Below, piece after piece: positions 19,741 through 43,089 of a DNA stretch of 64,000 bases. The notes beneath the pieces were generated by a model. It was given only the letters and a program-made list of their open reading frames with translations. It searched no databases and had not been told where the DNA came from. The translations under genes were made by a program, and so were the position numbers. Source of the stretch: the human T2T-CHM13v2.0 reference genome, Homo sapiens; assembly GCF_009914755.1 (NCBI RefSeq), contig NC_060941.1, one strand, 5' to 3'. The number at the start of each line of letters is the position of its first letter. Position 1 is the first letter of the stretch.

Positions 19741-20382
19741 TAAAAAAACAAAAAACTTTTGAGTCATGAACCTCCCTGGGGATCAACTCCAGATAAAGAA
19801 CTGCTCTGGGACTGTAATTTGCCAGATTCCATTTCATGTTAAATACAAAAGACTTGGGGATTTTCTGACTTTGTATTACCCCTTCTCTTTTCCTAATTAA
19901 CAAGGACCATCTTCTATCCCACCAAAAATAAGCACTCCTAGCCCAATATTTATTTCTCATATAAAACTGTTAGAAACCTCCACATTCTTAGGCGGAGGTT
20001 GCAGTGAGCCAAGATCACGCCACTGCACTCCAGCCTGGGCAACAAGAGCGAAACTGGTCTCAAAAAAAAAAAAAAAAGAAACCTCCACATATTTTAATCA
20101 CCATTTTCAGTTGATTCCTGCATGCCATCTCCCCTGTGAGTGGGTGCTTTTGAAGAGCACAGCCTGGGTTTACTATTTTTCCTCAGCTCACAGCCCCATT
20201 TTCCTGCTTAACGGCTTCCTCCACTTCTTCCCCAATCACAATCACTGGGTAAACTCGGAGCACGTACAGAGAAGGGAAGGGCTGGAAAAGAAAACTGCAC
20301 AGGAGCTGCACCCCCCATCACTCACACACTGTCCTGGTATGTGCCTAGATGTCATGATGGTGGTGTGGGTGCCACAGGTTAG

Positions 20383-20823
<441 letters not shown>

Positions 20824-20829
20824 TGATCA

Positions 20830-21045
<216 letters not shown>

Positions 21046-21120
21046 TTAGGGCCCGGCACAGTGGCTCACGCCTTTAATTCCAGCACTCTGGGAAGCCAAG
21101 GTGGGCGGATCACGAGGTCA

Positions 21121-21324
<204 letters not shown>

Positions 21325-21641
21325 TCAAAAAACAAACAAACAAACAAACACCTCAGAATAATAGGGTTCCTTCCTTATGGGACTGTAATGAGGATTGAAC
21401 AAGACAGTCTATGTAAAGAAAATAGACAAATGCCTGGGACGTTACAAGCATGTAATCACTCAAAGATGTTAGCCATTATTGTTATTAGCAAGTCACCTAA
21501 AAGATCTCAGCGGCTCAGAAATCAAAATTTGCCAAACACCCTATTTCTAGTTCAATCTACACAATCAAGTTCGTATCCAAGGTGTCTTGGCCAGACCTGG
21601 TTAGGTCTCCCTCCCTGCCTGGGGCCCCCCAACCGACTTAC

Positions 21642-21692
21642 CTGGGCTAGCTGGTCCTCAGCCAAGACCGTCCCTCGCTCCTTATACTTGGC
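21642..21692 (-). CDS. SNF8: SNF8 exon 2 (AKYKERGTVLAEDQLAQ)
   Basis: cag|GCC acceptor, CAG|gtaagt donor, 51 bp. Confidence 0.95.
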
Positions 21693-21856
21693 CTGTCAGA
21701 CAAAGAGACCAGCATAAGTTAAGAGAGTGGGCGCTGGAGGCCAGGCGCGGTGGCTCACGCCTGTAATCCCAGAACTTTGGGACGCCGAGGCGGGCGGATC
21801 ACGAGGTCAGGAGATCGAGCCATCCTGGCTAACACAGTGAAACCCCGTCTCTACTA

Positions 21857-22123
<267 letters not shown>

Positions 22124-22299
22124 TTAGGGAGAAGGATAGGGTGAAGGAGTAGAATCGACGACTGTAGATTTGTGAGTAGAATCCCATTTGTAGTTAAACT
22201 TGGGTAAATGGGAGAAAGGGCTGGGCATCTGGGAACGCTGCCAATCCACCGGAAGCTGGAGAAATTCTGTGTCCCGGGGCCGAGAAGCCAGTCTCAGAT

Positions 22300-22790
22300 T
22301 CTGTTGGGAGGTGATTAACGGGTAGGACACTGCTCCGGGACAATTCAGTCTCGCACGGGTCAGGGGCAGGTTGTGGGTCGGCCTTCTTCCTGCTCACCTC
22401 TGCAAGTTTCTTCTTGGCGATGGCGCCAGCTCCCACCCCGCGGCGGTGCATCCCCACCCTGGGCCCGCGGGCCGCCCGGCTGCCGGGACCCCGGGTCTCC
22501 ACGTCCCGGACTCCGCCGCCGGCTCCCCAAGGCGGAAGCCCGAGCCGCGCGTCATCTGCACGCGCCGGAAGCCACGAGCCGCATTTCCTGCCGCGAGGCT
22601 GAGTGTCTCCAGTTCCTACCGGCCCGGCGACCCCGCCTTTAGCTAGTGGCCAAGATTCGCAAAGCCTCGCGGCGAGGAAAGCACGAGTATTCAAGCGCGG
22701 CTGAGGCCCTCCTTGGCTAGTGCTGGGACATGGAGCCCCGGCAGCCAAGGCCAACCTTGTGCATTCCGCCCACGTAGGCGCCTGGGGCCC
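22300..22790 (-). promoter_or_regulatory. SNF8: SNF8 CpG-island, TATA-less promoter with ETS/GABP-like motifs
   Basis: High CpG and GC density around exon 1. GCGGAAG 22532-22538, CCGGAAG 22565-22571, CAGGAAATG (minus) 22582-22590. Confidence 0.8.
22398..22451 (-). CDS. SNF8: SNF8 exon 1 coding part (MHRRGVGAGAIAKKKLAE)
   Basis: ATG at 22451, GAG|gtgagc donor, lies inside the CpG island. Confidence 0.95.
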
Positions 22791-23113
22791 TGGTCTTCCT
22801 CGACTGCCTCTCCACTGCCTGGAGGTCATCAAATGCCCCTGGACCACCTCCTACGTGCCACACGCTGTGTTGGCCATCCAAGGTTCCATATTGAGCATAA
22901 AACAGCCCTCTGCCCTAAAGGAGTTAACCTGTTGGAATCACATACAAAGGATTCTGACTACCAAGCGCCTTGAAGTTAAGTTGAACTCTGAAGACAGATT
23001 GCCTGGCTACAAAGCTCAGTTCCACTACATATGGTCCAGGAACTTAAGACAAATTATTTTAATGTCTTTATGTTTCACTATCCGCTGTAGTGAAATAGAA
23101 TAATACCTACTCA

Positions 23114-23652
<539 letters not shown>

Positions 23653-23814
23653 GTGGTGGCTGGTGCCTGTAATCCTAGCTGCTCGGGAGGCTGTAGCAGA
23701 GAATTCCTTGAACCTGGGAGGTAGAGGTTGCAGTGAGCAGAGATCTTGCCAATGCACTCCAACCTCGGTGACAGAGTGACTCCATCTCAAAAAAAAAAAA
23801 AAGGAAAAAAACGA

Positions 23815-24075
23815 AAAAGACCCAGGTTCCTTAAGCGAACCAGGAGGTGGTAGTTAGGCTTCTCCACATGGAAACCCCTTAGTTTCACTGGCCATGGCCA
23901 AAAACCTGCAGTTGCTTCCATGTTTGGGCGCTGCCCACCAACGGTCCTGGGTTGGAAAGGAAGACAGAGAGAGGGAGAGATTCCCCTTTATGGAGTAGAA
24001 AGGAAAAGGAAAAAGGGGGAAAATAAATCCCAAACTTTGGGCTTACATTTTCCTCCTGGCTGGCTCGCCAAAATA
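23815..24075 (-). mobile_element. ERV internal leader remnant with primer-binding site (24070-24053, tRNA-Arg)
   Basis: TGGCGAGCCAGCCAGGAG starts 5 nt after the LTR end and is complementary to the tRNA-Arg(ACG) 3' end CUCCUGGCUGGCUCGCCA. Confidence 0.75.
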
Positions 24076-25036
<961 letters not shown>

Positions 25037-25247
25037 GTGGCAGCCTGGATTTAATTCATCTCAGTTGTAGTAATCCAAACTAGAAATGATGAGGGCCAGA
25101 ACAAAGACAGTGGCAATAAGGAAAGCGAGAATGGGACAAATCCAAGAGATATTAAGAAAGTAGAGTGAGGCCAGGCACGGTGGCTCACTCCTGTAATCCC
25201 AGCACTTTGGGAGGCCGAGGCGGGTGGATCACGAGGTCAGGAGTTCA

Positions 25248-26065
<818 letters not shown>

Positions 26066-26075
26066 TAATTTTTTA

Positions 26076-26291
<216 letters not shown>

Positions 26292-26589
26292 TCACACCTG
26301 TAATCCCAACACTTTGGGAGGCCGAGGCAGGAGGCTTGCTTGAGCCCAGGAGTTTGAGACCAGCTTGGGCAACATATGAAGACCTGTCTCTGTTTTTAAA
26401 ATAAATTTTTAAAAAGAGCTGGACTGGGAGGATCTCTTGGGGCCAGGAGTTCAAGACCAGCCTGGACAATATAGCAAGACCCCGCCTCAAAAAATAAAAA
26501 TAAAAAGAGCTGGACTGAGTTACAGTTTTGGAATCAACACAGTGAAATCATGAATGTGAATTTTACTAGGAAGGTTTCAAGTAAAATGA

Positions 26590-27781
<1,192 letters not shown>

Positions 27782-27802
27782 TAATTTCTGTAGTTTTAGT
27801 AG

Positions 27803-28563
<761 letters not shown>

Positions 28564-28644
28564 TAGCTTCCAAACACAAAACTTGGTCCCATAGGTACTC
28601 ACTGACACCATCTAGATATACCTGCTTCCTCCCTTACTCTTTGA

Positions 28645-28971
<327 letters not shown>

Positions 28972-28987
28972 TGAACTCCTGATCTCA

Positions 28988-29226
<239 letters not shown>

Positions 29227-29479
29227 TAGTAGAGACAAGGTTTTACCACATTGGCCAGGCTGGTCTTGAACTCCTAACCTCAGGTGATCCACCTGCCTTG
29301 GCTTCCCAAAGTGCGGGATTACAGGCGTTAGCCACCATGCCTGGCTATGCCTAGTCCCTTAGATGCACGAAATGGACCTCAATGGCTATGCTGAGTGTAG
29401 CCACACTCAGGCAGACATGCTCATCCTCCTATGCAGATACCTTTGTACCGTTTTATAATTTTAGGGAAAATATGCTGAC

Positions 29480-29746
29480 CAGTGATATCCTGGTAAGGGT
29501 TTAACAACTACCTTGCCAGGTTGGGAGAGGGGAACCCTGATTTGTAGCATTTGCCTATCTCCATGGTGTAAATACTCTGATCATGGGCTTGATATGTTGC
29601 CAGGATGGTGTACGGTGGCTATTCACAGGTGCCATCACAGGGCACTACAGCTTTGAACAACTGGGCTTAAGTGATCCTCCTGCCTCAGTCTCTCAAGTAG
29701 ATGGGACAAGGCACTCGCCACTGTGCCTGCTTCCAGCACATCACTG
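29480..29746. mobile_element. hAT-type MITE (MER53-like) containing an inserted FAM monomer at ~29590-29730
   Basis: Imperfect terminal inverted repeats CAGTGATATCCTGG / CCAGCACATCACTG. Flanking 8-bp ATGCTGAC at 29472-29479 and 29748-29755. Confidence 0.6.
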
Positions 29747-29786
29747 AATGCTGACCATTATGGAATCCCTCGTTTGCTTTAAGTGA

Positions 29787-29945
<159 letters not shown>

Positions 29946-30122
29946 TGAGTAGCTGGGACCACAGTCATGCGCCCCCACGCCCGGCTAACTTTGCATTTTT
30001 AGTAGAGATGGGGTCTCTCCATGTTGGTTAGGCTGGTCTCGAACTCCTGACCTCAGGTGATCCACCTGCCTCGGCCTCCCAAAGTGCTGGGATTACAGGC
30101 GCGAGACACTGCGCCCGGCTAG

Positions 30123-30359
<237 letters not shown>

Positions 30360-31059
30360 TGATCTCCTGGGCTCAAGCCATCCTCTCACCTTGGCCTCCC
30401 TAAATACTGGGATTACAGGCGTGAGCCACCGCACTCAGCCTCCAGTTGACCTCTAAGGTTTCTTTCAGCTCTGACATTCTTGGTTTCTATTCCTTTAAAT
30501 TCCTGGAGCTCCTGGAATCTGTACACACAATTTAGAGCAAGCCTTTGTTTAGAGGGTTTATTTTAGTGATTCTCCATGATAGAACTGATTGTCTGGGGGA
30601 GAAATTTGAATCTGCATTTCTGGGGTCTTGGATGTCTTCGGGGGAGGTTAGTGAATCAAAAAGAGTTAGTTTTGAGCTGGACATGGTGGCTCACACCTAT
30701 TAATATAATTCCAGCCACGGAGCAGAAGGGGGTGGAGTACCGAGGCAGGAAGATCTCCAGCCCAGGAGTTTGAGGCTGCTGTGAGCCATGATCACACCAC
30801 TGCACTGTAGCCTAGGCAACGGAGGGAAACCCCCAACTCTAAAAAAAGAAGTTAGCTTTTTTCCATTTGTACAATGTTCTTACTATGGGCTCGGCATTGT
30901 GCTAGGCATTTTGTAAACATTGTCTTCCTTTTTTTTTTATCATGATGATCTCATTTAAATCCTTATCATAACCCTTTAAAAATGATAATATAATAATTGT
31001 TATTAACCATGCACTGCACTGCCTCTATGAGGTAGAAAATTAAAAGCCTTAAAAAGCCT

Positions 31060-31568
<509 letters not shown>

Positions 31569-31619
31569 TCAAAAAAAAAAGGAGTTTTGTTTGGTTAGCA
31601 GAATGCCTTGAGGCACAAT

Positions 31620-32725
<1,106 letters not shown>

Positions 32726-32817
32726 TGAACTCCTGGCCTCAAGTGATCCACCCGCCTTGGCTACCCAAAGTGCTGGGATTACAGGCGTGAGCCACCATGC
32801 CCGGCCATTCACTCCCT

Positions 32818-32877
32818 GATTTTATTTTATTTTATTTTATTTATTTATTTATTTTATTTTATTTTATTTTATTTTTT
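32818..32877. repeat. (TTTTA)n/(TTTA)n Alu-tail repeat
   Basis: Directly visible tandem repeat. Confidence 0.8.
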
Positions 32878-32978
32878 GACACGGAGTCTTGCTCTCTCAC
32901 CCAGGCTATAATACAGTGGTTCATTTAAAGCCTTTTTGGGAGGCTGAAGCAAGCCAATTACTTGAGGTGAGGAGTTCA

Positions 32979-33170
<192 letters not shown>

Positions 33171-33329
33171 TCAGTTTCAAAAAAAAAACAAAAATGAAGG
33201 AAGGTCTTTATGACTCAAGGATCTTTTAAATAAGTAAATAAATATAAAAATTAAAGTCTGGGCCTGGTACAGCAGCCCACACCCCATAATCCTAACACTT
33301 TGGGAGACCGAGGCGGGAGGATCACTTGA

Positions 33330-33584
<255 letters not shown>

Positions 33585-33635
33585 TAGTAGAGACGGGGTT
33601 TCACCGTGTTAGCCAGGATGGTCTCGATCTCCTGA

Positions 33636-33953
<318 letters not shown>

Positions 33954-34355
33954 TGATCTGCCTGCCTTGGCCTCCCAAAGTGCTGGGATTACAGGCGTTA
34001 GCCACCGCAACTGGCTTTTTTTTTTTTTTTTTTTTTTTTTTTTTGAGACGAGTCTCGCTGTGTCACCCAGGCTGGAGTGCAATGGCGCAATCTTGGCTCA
34101 CTGCAACCTCCGCCTCCTGGGTTCAAGTGATTCTCCCGCCTCAGCCTCCTGAGTAGCAGGGATTACAGGCACCCACTATCATGCCGGGCTAATATTTTTG
34201 TAGAGATGGGGTTTCGCCATGTTGGCCAGGCTGGTCTCAAACTCCTGACCTCAGGTGATCTGCCCACCTCCGCCTCCCAAAGTGCTGGGATTACAGGCGT
34301 GAGCCACCATGTCCAGCCGAGACTCCTTTTTTCTATCTTTTTTTTCTTTTCTTCA

Positions 34356-34459
34356 TGTCAGAAGGGTAATGAGCCAACATTGTAACAAGGTTCAAGGGTG
34401 GCACATCTCACACATGCCCGTTAACACCCAATCATCACACTCATGCACTACAAAAGGAT
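34356..34459 (-). pseudogene. U13 (SNORD13-like) snoRNA retrocopy
   Basis: Minus strand ATCCTTTTGTAGTGCATGAGTGTGATGATTGGGTG...GTGAGATGTGCCACCCTTGAACCTTGTTAC...CTGAC, 104 nt, with C box TGATGA, D box CTGA and an A-rich tail. Confidence 0.88.
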
Positions 34460-35124
34460 CAGAGGATCAGACCTTTTCTCTACACAGATTTTTTTTTCTT
34501 TTCTGGTTAATTGGGCTTGGCGGCACATGCCTGTAGTCCCAACTTCTCCCAGCTACTCGGGAGGCTGAAGTGGCAAGATCGCTTAAGCCCAGGAGCTCGG
34601 GGTTGCAGTGAGCTATGATTACAGCACTGTACCCCAGCATGGGTAACACAGCAAGACTCTCCCAGTAAAACAAACAAAACCACAAAAAAACTAGAGGTCT
34701 TTGTCACCAGACTTTAAGCTCTTCGGGGGCAAGGATTGTGTCCATTTTCTTCATTGCTGTATACACAGTGTTTAGCACAGCCCTGCCAATATTAACTTTC
34801 CAATAAGTGTTTGTAGAATAAATAGATGAATTAACAGATGCAAGTAAAAACCATATTTCCTTTTCTTTTCTTTTTTTTTTTTTTTTTTGGAGACAGGGTC
34901 TCACTTTGTCACCCAGGCCGGATGTAGTGCAGTGGTGTGATCTCAGCTCACTGCAACCTCTGCTTCCTGGGTTCAAGTGATTCTCATGTTTCAACCTCTC
35001 GATTAGCTGGGATTACAAGCGTGCACCACCACGCCTGGTTCTTTTTTTTTTTTTTTTTTTTTTTTTGTATTTTTAGTAAAGACAGGGTTTCACCATGTTG
35101 GCCAGGCTGGTCTCAAATTCCTGA

Positions 35125-35382
<258 letters not shown>

Positions 35383-35736
35383 TGATCTGCCCACCTCAAG
35401 CTCCCAAATTGTTGGGATGACAGGCTTGCGCCACCATACCCGGCCCTCTTTTTATTTCTTATTTTAAAGACAGGGTCTCAGGCAGGTACGATGGCTCATG
35501 CCTATAATGCCAGCACTTTGGGAGGCCGAGGCAGGCGCATCACCTGAGGCCAAGAGTTCCAAGACCAGCCTGGCCAACATGGCGAAACCTCGTCTCTACT
35601 AAAAATAAAAAATTAGGCCTAGCGCAGTGGCTCATGCCTTTAATCCCAGCACTTTGGGAGACAGAGGCAGGCGGATCACTTGAGGTCGGGAGTTCGAGAC
35701 CAGCCTGACCAACATGGAGAAACCCCATCTCTACTA

Positions 35737-36099
<363 letters not shown>

Positions 36100-36316
36100 T
36101 TACCCAGGTTAGTCTCGAACTTCTGGGGTTAAGCGAATCCTCCAGACTCAGCCTCCCAGAGTACTGGGATTACAGGCATATGCCACCATGCCCAGACCAT
36201 ATTTCCTTTTCATTGGGTGGTGCCCACACACAGAGATACACAAAGACAAACATGCCCTGTTAGTGCTCAGTAGTCATTTTAATAAATTTTCACAATGGGC
36301 TCGACTTAGCATAAAC

Positions 36317-36322
36317 TTTATT
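36317..36322 (-). terminator. GIP: GIP polyadenylation signal AATAAA (second ATTAAA at 36283-36278)
   Basis: tttatt on + strand about 90 nt past the stop codon. Confidence 0.8.
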
Positions 36323-36375
36323 GGTTTGGGTTCTCTTGGCTATTCTGGAGTGGGGCTGAGGCAGGTGCTAAGTGA

Positions 36376-36765
<390 letters not shown>

Positions 36766-37440
36766 TAGCCAGGATGGTCTCGATCTCCTGACCTCATGAT
36801 CCACCCTCCTCGGCCTCCCAAAGTCCTGGGATTACAGGCATGAGCCACCATACCCGGCCTCATTTTACTTATTTTTTAAGAGACAGTCTCACTGTGGTGC
36901 CCAAGCTGGAGTGCAGTGACTGTTTACAGATGTGATCATAGATCACTGCAGTCTTGAACTCCTGGCCTCAAGCAATGCTCCCACCTTTGCCTCATCAAAT
37001 CACCATTTTAATGATAAGTAATCAAAATAATTCACAATATCCACCTTCTTACGGAGATTTTCTTACACCCTCTTCTCCATGGATCTGCTCACACTCCTGT
37101 CCCTTCTTCCCCTCCTGAGGTTCCTGTCCCAGATTTGCTCCCTCAATCCCTCCCTAGCTGCTCAGCATCAATGTCTGAAGTGTTTTGGTTTCCGTGCCTC
37201 TGTGTCTGCATCATGAGGGTCCTGTCTCACCCTTTAGGTGGACAGGTCTCTTCATAATATTTAGTGCCTCGATTCTGGGACATAAGGAATGGACTGAAGA
37301 ATTTTCTAGCTGATGAGGGGGATTCAAGAGACCATTGAAGCCAGCAGTGGCCACAGAGGAAGGAAACTTGCCTCTAACTATGTAGTTTCCCATCACCAGG
37401 AAGGTGCCATGGCCCAAGGGTACAGAGGGAAAGCTGAGAA

Positions 37441-37880
37441 CAGGATGGGCTCAGCTCTGTGTGTAGGGACAGGCAGGACACAGGATGGGCTCAGCTCTGT
37501 GGGTAGGGACAGGCGGGACACAGGATGGGCTCAGCTCTGTGGGTAGGGACAGGCAGGCCACAGGATGGGCTCAGCTCTGTGTGTAGGGACAGGCGGGACA
37601 CAGGATGGGCTCAGCTCGGTGGGTAGGGACAGGCGGGACACAGGATGGGCTCAGCTCTGTGTGTAGGGACAGGCGGGACACAGGATGGGCTCAGCTCGGT
37701 GGGTAGGGACAGGCGGGACACAGGATGGGCTCAGCTCTGTGTGTAGGGACAGGCGGGACACAGGATGGGCTCAGCTCGGTGGGTAGGGACAGGCGGGACA
37801 CAGGATGGGCTCAGCTCGGTGGGTAGGGACAGGCGGGGCATAGGATGGGCTCTGGGTGGGTAGAGACAGGCAGGTAGGGA
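37441..37880. repeat. 40-bp minisatellite (VNTR) in GIP intron 5: 10 full units plus a degenerate 11th
   Basis: Unit CAGGATGGGCTCAGCTC(T/G)GTG(T/G)GTAGGGACAGGC(A/G)GGACA starts every 40 bp from 37441 to 37801. Confidence 0.97.
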
Positions 37881-38231
37881 TAGGCAGGGGAGAGCATCAC
37901 CTCGCCTGGAAGAGTGAGGAAGAAGAACAAATAGTAATCAGAGCTACTAACCTTGCTGAGCTCTTATTACTCCTCAAAGATGGCCCTCAGGTCTCCACTT
38001 GAATTGTCTTTTTTTTCTTTTGTTTTTTTTCTTTGTATTTTTCCACTTGCATTCTCTTACTTAAAGCTGACAACAATCCTGTGAAATGATTCTATACCTC
38101 TGATTTTAGTGAAAACACTGAGGTTCAGAAAGGCTATGTAATCAGCCAGCATGTGGAGGGGCAAAGATCTGAATCCATGTCTGATGCCCAAGCTCAAGTT
38201 AGAACCGCTGTGCAACACCACACTCCCCTAC

Positions 38232-38333
38232 CTGAGCCTGCAGAGGTTTGTCTGATCCAGCAAGCAGGCCAACAGCTCTTGAATCAGCAAGTCCCGCAGC
38301 AAATCTTCATCGCTGGGGTTCTTGGCTGGGGAG
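38232..38333 (-). CDS. GIP: GIP exon 5 (SSPAKNPSDEDLLRDLLIQELLACLLDQTNLCRL)
   Basis: cag|C acceptor, AG|gtagg donor, 102 bp. Confidence 0.95.
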
Positions 38334-39072
38334 CTGCAAGGGAACAGTCTCTGGCTAACTATTTTAGCCTGAGCCTCGCCCAGAGAGGGTAAACACAGGG
38401 TTGGGGACACCACTGAGGGGCAGCCGCGGATGGGGGGAGGGAGCCGACACAGCTGTCTCTCCGTTGGCTCAGCTCTGAGATCTGGAGCCTCCTTTCTGCC
38501 AGCCCCACCCAGCGCTGCCTGCCTGGGGAATATGGACTCTTCATACAGGGAGAGTCAAACAGAATTCTGGTATGAGATATTCTGCCCATCCACCTCTGCC
38601 AGTGTTCCAGAATGCAGAGAGTACTTTGGGCACATTCACTCTTTGAAATGACCTGTGCCATTCAGAGAGGGGATAACTGATTTCAGGGGAGTGGGCCTGG
38701 GAAGATCCCCCGCTCTTTCACAAACAGTCTTCCCGAGGTTTGGCAGGGAGAGGTGGTGAGGCCAGGACCTGAGGTCTCTTCTTTCCTGCCCTTCTCCTGA
38801 CTCAGTGACTGTGCTGTGCATGCAGTCATCAATATTAGAAACCCTGTCCCTGAAACCCCTCCTAGCACCCCTCCCGTTTCTCCAAGGCTTCTTCCTTAAG
38901 CTTGGGCTGACCTCCAGGAGTTTGCTCAATGAAGACCCCTCTTTGAACTCTGAGAGGAAGAGGATGCTTATCTCAGGTCCTTGCTCTGCTCTGGGGTCAG
39001 GGAGAGGGAACAAAGAGGTGGGGGCGGGGCAGGAGGCTTGGCTCCCTCCCTTCCCTCTGCGCCCTGACTCAC

Positions 39073-39165
39073 CTCTGTGGCTCCACTGCCTCCTCCTCCT
39101 TCCTATTAGCTTGACTGGCCAGCTCCAGCGCCCGAGCCTCCCTCTGGGTGATGTTGTGTTTCCAG
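39073..39165 (-). CDS. GIP: GIP exon 4 (DWKHNITQREARALELASQANRKEEEAVEPQ); end of mature GIP(1-42) at 39144
   Basis: cag|C acceptor, AG|gtgagt donor, 93 bp. Confidence 0.96.
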
Positions 39166-39401
39166 CTGGGAAGATAAAGATTAGAGAGTGGGCAAGCTGC
39201 GGAGACTCCAGTCTAGGGACACTTGAATCTTTTAATACCTGAACCCCAAAAGCAGAGGGTACCTTTTTCCACTCAACCCCACCTAACAGTGGTCTTCAGC
39301 TGCCTCCACCAGTGAACAGCTTTTCAGAATCTACCGTGCTGACCAGAGAGGGCGGGGAAAGAGACTTGGCATAGAGCAGGGAGAAGGACGAGGACAGTTA
39401 A

Positions 39402-39512
<111 letters not shown>

Positions 39513-39691
39513 TGAAGCCATCTTCCCATCTCAGCCTCCCGAGTAGCTGAAACTACAGGCAGGCATCACCACACCCAGCTGATTTTTGTACTTTTTGTTT
39601 GCCATGTTGCCCAGGCTGTTCTCGAATGAACTCGTGAGCTCAAACAATCCACCTACCTGGGCCTCCCAAAGTGCTGGGATTACAGGTGTGA

Positions 39692-39949
<258 letters not shown>

Positions 39950-40287
39950 TGATTTGCCCGCCTCAGCCTCCCAAAGTGCTGGGATTACAGGTGTGAGCTA
40001 CTGGGCCTGGCCCTAGCCAATCCTGTTTTCAAAGTCTAAAGTGGCCACCGCCAAGCAAGCAGTCATTAGAAGGAGCTCGTCTCTCCCTTGCTTCATCCTC
40101 AGACCCCTGGGGATCCTCTCTGAGCTCCCATACATCTTCTGACTCCTCCCCTTTGAAGTAAAGGATTAGGGCCAACACAGTGGCTCACACTTGTAATCCC
40201 AGCACTTTGGGAGGCCGAGGAGGGCAGATCACGAGGTCAGGAGATCGAGACCATCCAGGCCAACACGGTGAAGCCCCGTCTCTACTA

Positions 40288-40503
<216 letters not shown>

Positions 40504-40506
40504 CTA

Positions 40507-40785
<279 letters not shown>

Positions 40786-40834
40786 TCAGGAGTTTGAGAA
40801 CCAGACTGGTCAACATGGTGAAACCCTGTCTCTA

Positions 40835-41059
<225 letters not shown>

Positions 41060-41184
41060 CTAGCTACTCGGGAGGCTGAGGCAGGAGAATCGCTTGAATC
41101 CAGGAGGTGGAGGGTGGAGGTTGTAGTGAGCAAAGATTGCGCCATTGCACTCCAGCCTGGGCAACAAGAGCAAAACTCTGTCTC

Positions 41185-41216
<32 letters not shown>

Positions 41217-41313
41217 AGAGAGAGGCGGGGTATGATGGCTCACGCCTGTAATCCCAGCACTTGGGAGGCCGAGGCAGGTGGATCACGAGGTCATATCGAG
41301 ACCATCCTAGCTA

Positions 41314-41654
<341 letters not shown>

Positions 41655-41658
41655 TCAC

Positions 41659-41829
41659 TCATTCTTCTTCCCCTTTTGGGCCAGCAGCCAGTTCACAAAG
41701 TCTTGTTGGTGAATCTTGTCCATGGCAATACTGTAGTCACTGATGAAAGTCCCTTCCGCGTACCTGGGGCCTCGAGGTTGAGGGCTGCTCACCTTAGCAT
41801 GAGATCCAACAGGCAGGGAGGGGAGAGCG
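41659..41829 (-). CDS. GIP: GIP exon 3 (...PRGPR|YAEGTFISDYSIAMDKIHQQDFVNWLLAQKGKKN); mature GIP starts at 41762
   Basis: Recognised GIP hormone sequence of the glucagon/secretin family. cag|C acceptor, GA|gtgagt donor, 171 bp. Confidence 0.98.
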
Positions 41830-42300
41830 CTGGAAACAAGGGTGCGGAGAAGGGGCAGAGATGGGGGGAGAATCACAATGCTAGGGTAAATGACTGTCAC
41901 TAACAGGAGGCAGACACTTGAAAACAAACCAGTCCGTTTTTATGGAGACTCCCTGTGGATCCACTCCCCCACCCCACCCCAGGCTTTATCCTCAGCTCCA
42001 GGGCCCACTTCCTGCAGCCTCAGTGTGTGTGGCTCTGGATTCTGGGCAAAAAGAGATCACGGGGCCAGGGGCGGTGGCTCATGCCTGTAATCCCAACACT
42101 TTGGGAGGCCAAGGCAGGCGGATCACCTGAGGTCGGGATCGAGACCAGCCTGACCAACATGGAGAAATCCCGTCTCTACTAATAATACAAAAATTAGCCA
42201 GGCGTTGGCAGGGCGTGGTGGCTTACGCCTGTAATCCCAGCACTTTGGGAGGCTGAGGCGGGCGGATTACAAGGTCAGGAGATCGAGACCATCCTGGCTA

Positions 42301-43046
<746 letters not shown>

Positions 43047-43089
43047 TTATTCCTCCTGCCCTGGCCCTTCCTGATTCAATTCCTTGGTT

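Noticed and set aside
37441-37880. Regular repeat array considered as CRISPR-like or as a coding repeat
   Set aside because: Units are head-to-tail with no unique spacers, the 40-bp period breaks frame, and the context is a eukaryotic intron. It is a minisatellite.
38636-39242. 125-aa and 145-aa ORFs in and antisense to GIP intron 4/exon 4
   Set aside because: They start at non-ATG codons, show no recognisable homology, and are explained by base composition and overlap with the true exon.
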